Positions 60,367-64,000 of a DNA stretch of 64,000 nt are shown here, piece after piece. Every line of letters begins with the position of its first letter. The first letter of the stretch is position 1. The notes under the pieces are model-generated. The model was not told the origin of the DNA. It was given only the letters and a program-made list of their open reading frames with translations, and did not search any database. Origin of the DNA: Octopus vulgaris (Eukaryota); assembly GCA_951406725.2 (NCBI GenBank), contig OX597815.1, positions 1,674,001 through 1,738,000 on the forward strand, given 5' to 3'. The translations under genes and the position numbers were made by a program.

Positions 60367-60807
60367 CTATCTATCAATCTCTCTCTCTTTCTCTTTGCGT
60401 TCTTTCCTATTTTGTATTTTATATATATTCTTTCACTTGTTTCAGTCATTTGACTGTGGCCATGCTGGAGCACCACCTTGAATGGTTTTAGTTGAACAAG
60501 TCAACCCCAGGACTTACTTTTTTAAGCCTGGAACTTATTCTATCAGTGTCTTTTGCCGAACTGCCAAGTTACGGGAACATAAAACACACCAATACTGGTT
60601 GCCAAGCAGTGATGGGGGGTGACAAACACAAACACACTGATATAGACACATATATATATGTATGTATATATAAGTTCAGCAAAACAATTTAGATTCAAAT
60701 GAATATGGTACTTAATTTAGATGCACCAGAATTTTTTATGGTGTTATCCATAAAAATATGCAGGGTGATTATAATAAAAAATAAGCAACAAGAATGGATC
60801 CGGTAAT

Positions 60808-60893
60808 TTAGTACAATTGTTTCATACTACAACATTTTATTAAAAGCTGTAAATATTACAACATATAATATATGTCAAGTAATCTTCAGCTAA
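60808..60893 (-). ncRNA. Type I hammerhead ribozyme motif with extended stem II
   Basis: Reverse complement reads ttag-CTGAAGA-t-tact...(long AT-rich insert)...agta-t-GAAA-c-aatt-GTA-ctaa; palindromic loop III. Confidence 0.72.
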
Positions 60894-62881
60894 TTTTATA
60901 TAGGTTTTCCAATAATATAAAGTTCTCAAATCAATTAATAACATCACACACACACACATATATATATATACACACAGACATATATATATATATATATATA
61001 CTATGGGCTTATATATATACTTGACAGTTTGGCAAAAAGTAACCGGTAGAATAAGTACCAGGCTTAAAAAAAATAAGTGCTTGGGTCAAATTGCTCAACA
61101 AGACCCTTTAGGGTGGTGCCCCACCATGGCCACAGTGAAACAAGACAAAGATGTGTAGGGAGTGATCTGCGTAGAGAATTCCAGAAACAACTGGAATGGA
61201 TGAGAATGTCGAGAATTCAGGGCAAAAAATCAATTGTGTGGCCATCTTAGTGAAGTGGAGTGTTTACTTTGTCTCTGTTTTTCTCTCTTTGGAATTGGTC
61301 AACCTCCAGTCTGTTAGAATGAGCAACAAAGGACAAAGTGCTATCGCTAAGCTGACACTTTTCTGACCATTGCAGAAGTTGAACCTTCGCCTCCTGCAAT
61401 CCATTGTCAGTGAGTTTCTATTATGGATGGTAGAATCAAAATGCAAAGCATCCAGGGGCCACACCTGTTTTAGAAACAATTTGTTTTATAAACGAGTTGT
61501 TTAACCAACATCAACGTAATCCGTTTCTGCCACACACTAGTAAAATGTTTTTTGTTTTTCTTTTATTAATAAAACTAAAATTTACCATTTTTCTTTAGAC
61601 TGAGACATAATTGTGATGAAGCTCTCTTGTATTGAACTCCTGATGCCAACCTGGAATCAGTACTGGCTCCCCCTCCTCCTCCTCTTCGTCATCATCATCA
61701 TCATCAACAACAATGCCCGTTGTCCATGCTGGCATGGGTTGGACAGTTTGACCAGGGCTGGTAAGCTGAGAGGCTGCACCAAACTCTGGTCTGATTTGGT
61801 ATGGTTTCTATGGCTGGATGCCCTTCCTAACACCAACTACTCCGAGAGTGTAATGTAGTGTTCAGACCCCACCCCCAGGTGCCTGACAGAAGCAACCATC
61901 ATTAGACTTTCTGGTTGGCTTCCCACATGTGGCCAACTGGGACTACACGTATAATGTCCATCCATTCCATTCTTGGGTCTCTTGCTGGTTGGTTGTGATT
62001 CTTTCCCCTGACATTCTAATCCCATGTCTGTGGTGCCACAACTGTGATCTCTCCCTGCAGAGAAGCAGTGGCTTGAACTCCCACCTTTGTTTCACTGAAG
62101 AATCTTTCTTAAATTATGTTCAAAACACAAACTTAATAACATTTTCTCATTTAGACGGAAGGTCAATAATTCTGAGAGGAAGGGAGAGATTAGTTGTCTA
62201 CACTGACCCCAGAACTTGACTGGTCCCTTCTTTTATCAACCTTGAAATGATAAAAAGTAAAATTGACTTCAGCTAGTTTTGAATTCAGATCAGAGAGTGA
62301 CAGAAGAAATACTGTAAGGAATTTGTTCCAATGCTTTAACAGTTCTGTCAATCCACTGCCCTTAATAGCAGAATGGTGATATTAACTCTCTCTCCTCATT
62401 ACACATATAATTATGCTAATTAAGATACTGGCTCACTACACTACATTAACACTAATCTTACCGTTCTATCCCTATAATCTCTCAACTGGCACAAGGCACC
62501 CCCCCTCCTCCCAGTTGAGGCGTTTTGGGGCTTTTTTTGTCTTGCAAGGTACTAGGTGATCGCCTTGGTGATGGTGCCATGAAAAAGGCACCCAGTACAC
62601 TGTGTAAAGTGGTTGGTGTGAGGAAGGGCATCGCAGCCATAGAAACCATGCCACAACAAACAACTGGAACTTGGTACAACTCCTGGCTTTGCAGCTCCAG
62701 TTAACCTGTCCAACCCATGTTGAACAATGATGACGTTAATGATGATGATGATTGTTACAGCTATTGGGCAGTGACTGGACAAACCTAAGGGTTAAAAAAG
62801 GTTTCTGCCATGACTGCCTTGTCTAGTCATAAGGGAACTAAGCATATCCTGGACTGCCTCACAGACTGTGTCATATTTTAA

Positions 62882-63100
62882 CCCTTTCGTTACTGTATTT
62901 ATTTTGAGATGCTCTGTTTCTTTCAATTACTTTAAACATAACAAAGAATTTAGTAAAATAACTTAGTTATCATTAAGCTGGTGTTTGGTACATAAATTGT
63001 GACTAAGGTTTGGTGGAAGATTTTAATTCAAAACTTATGAAAACAAGACATTTGTACTACAGAGCCAGAGACAGTTTCAGCCAGGATGGTAACGAAAGGG
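62882..63100. mobile_element. piggyBac-type MITE
   Basis: 12-bp TIR ccctttcgttac/gtaacgaaaggg with TTAA on both sides. Confidence 0.88.
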
Positions 63101-63176
63101 TTAAGAGAATAGGGAATAGTTTGAGGAAGATTTAACTGCTGTTTCTAACAAGTAGTGGCTCCCTCTCTTCACTATA

Positions 63177-63216
<40 letters not shown>

Positions 63217-64000
63217 TTGACTTGAGAGCAGAGTGAAAGAATGTGTGTTTCCAAATTTGGAATTAGTGATTATCTGAATGTGAAGACAGAGAAGGGAAGG
63301 AGGGAGGGAGGGGTGTGGGAATTGGCAGATGATTCTTTGAAAAGACTAAGTAAGAAACACTAAACCTGACTGTAGATAAAAGAAGTCTCTCTCTCTCTCT
63401 CTCTGTCCCGTCTGTGGTTTCTCTGTTCCAGAAACAGGAATGTTATTATAGAACCAACACAATGTCATTCATACATGGCAGAATTACTATGGAATATTGT
63501 GTGGCAGAATGAAGCTGTGTATTGTGTGGTTGAGGAGTTCTGTACACAGCTCAGATACCGGTTGTTGTTGTTGTTGTTGTTTAGCTCCAGCTTGGCCCTC
63601 ACTGGTCTAACACCATTCCAGTCCATCTTGTCTGGGTTTTTTTCCCTTCCACACAAACTGCATTTGAGGAAGATCTGGCTGCTATTTCTCGCAGCCAAAA
63701 TTATATACATACTGGAAATAGTAGCATCAGAGCCAAGCAGTGATTAGGGACAAATGAACTTTAGGTTAATTAAAATATACCGCCAGACTGCCTCCTGTGT
63801 CCAGTGGCATGTAAAAAGCACCATTTGAGCGTGTTTGATGACAGTGCCGCCCGACAGGCTCCTGTGCCGGTGGCACGTAAAAAGCACCCACTACACACTT
63901 GGAGTGGTTGGTGTTAGCAAGGGCATCCAGCTGTAGAAACCTTGCCAGAACAGATTGGAGCCTGGTGCAGCCTCCTAGCTTGCCAGTCCTCAGCCAAACT

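Noticed and set aside
61264-61479. Possible upstream PDE3 exon (cag|gtg acceptor, open frame)
   Set aside because: No recognisable PDE3 similarity and only a weak donor; cannot be supported without RNA data.

Overview
AT-rich, repeat-dense eukaryotic genomic DNA. The repeat landscape (RTE-tailed repeats ending in (GAT)n, tRNA-headed SINEs, very long TA microsatellites) suggests an octopus or other cephalopod; this is an inference. One protein-coding gene is supported: a PDE3-family cGMP-inhibited cyclic nucleotide phosphodiesterase on the minus strand. It has 11 exons with GT-AG sites and consistent phases from 54036 down to a stop at 22673; I found no 5' exons, so they probably lie beyond the window. 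The rest is introns and intergenic DNA filled with non-LTR retrotransposon fragments (RTE, CR1, R4/Dong, Tx1-like, Penelope), SINEs, a Helitron, piggyBac and mariner MITEs, tandem arrays and microsatellites. The most unusual signal is six minimal type I hammerhead ribozyme motifs with an intact core, plus decayed copies, in Penelope-pLTR/retrozyme-like foldback elements; some lie in the sense orientation of the PDE3 pre-mRNA. Also notable are an 18S rRNA fragment fused to an RTE 3' tail and a SINE concatemer enclosed by a single 15-bp target-site duplication. Most entries in the ORF track are microsatellite or repeat artefacts.
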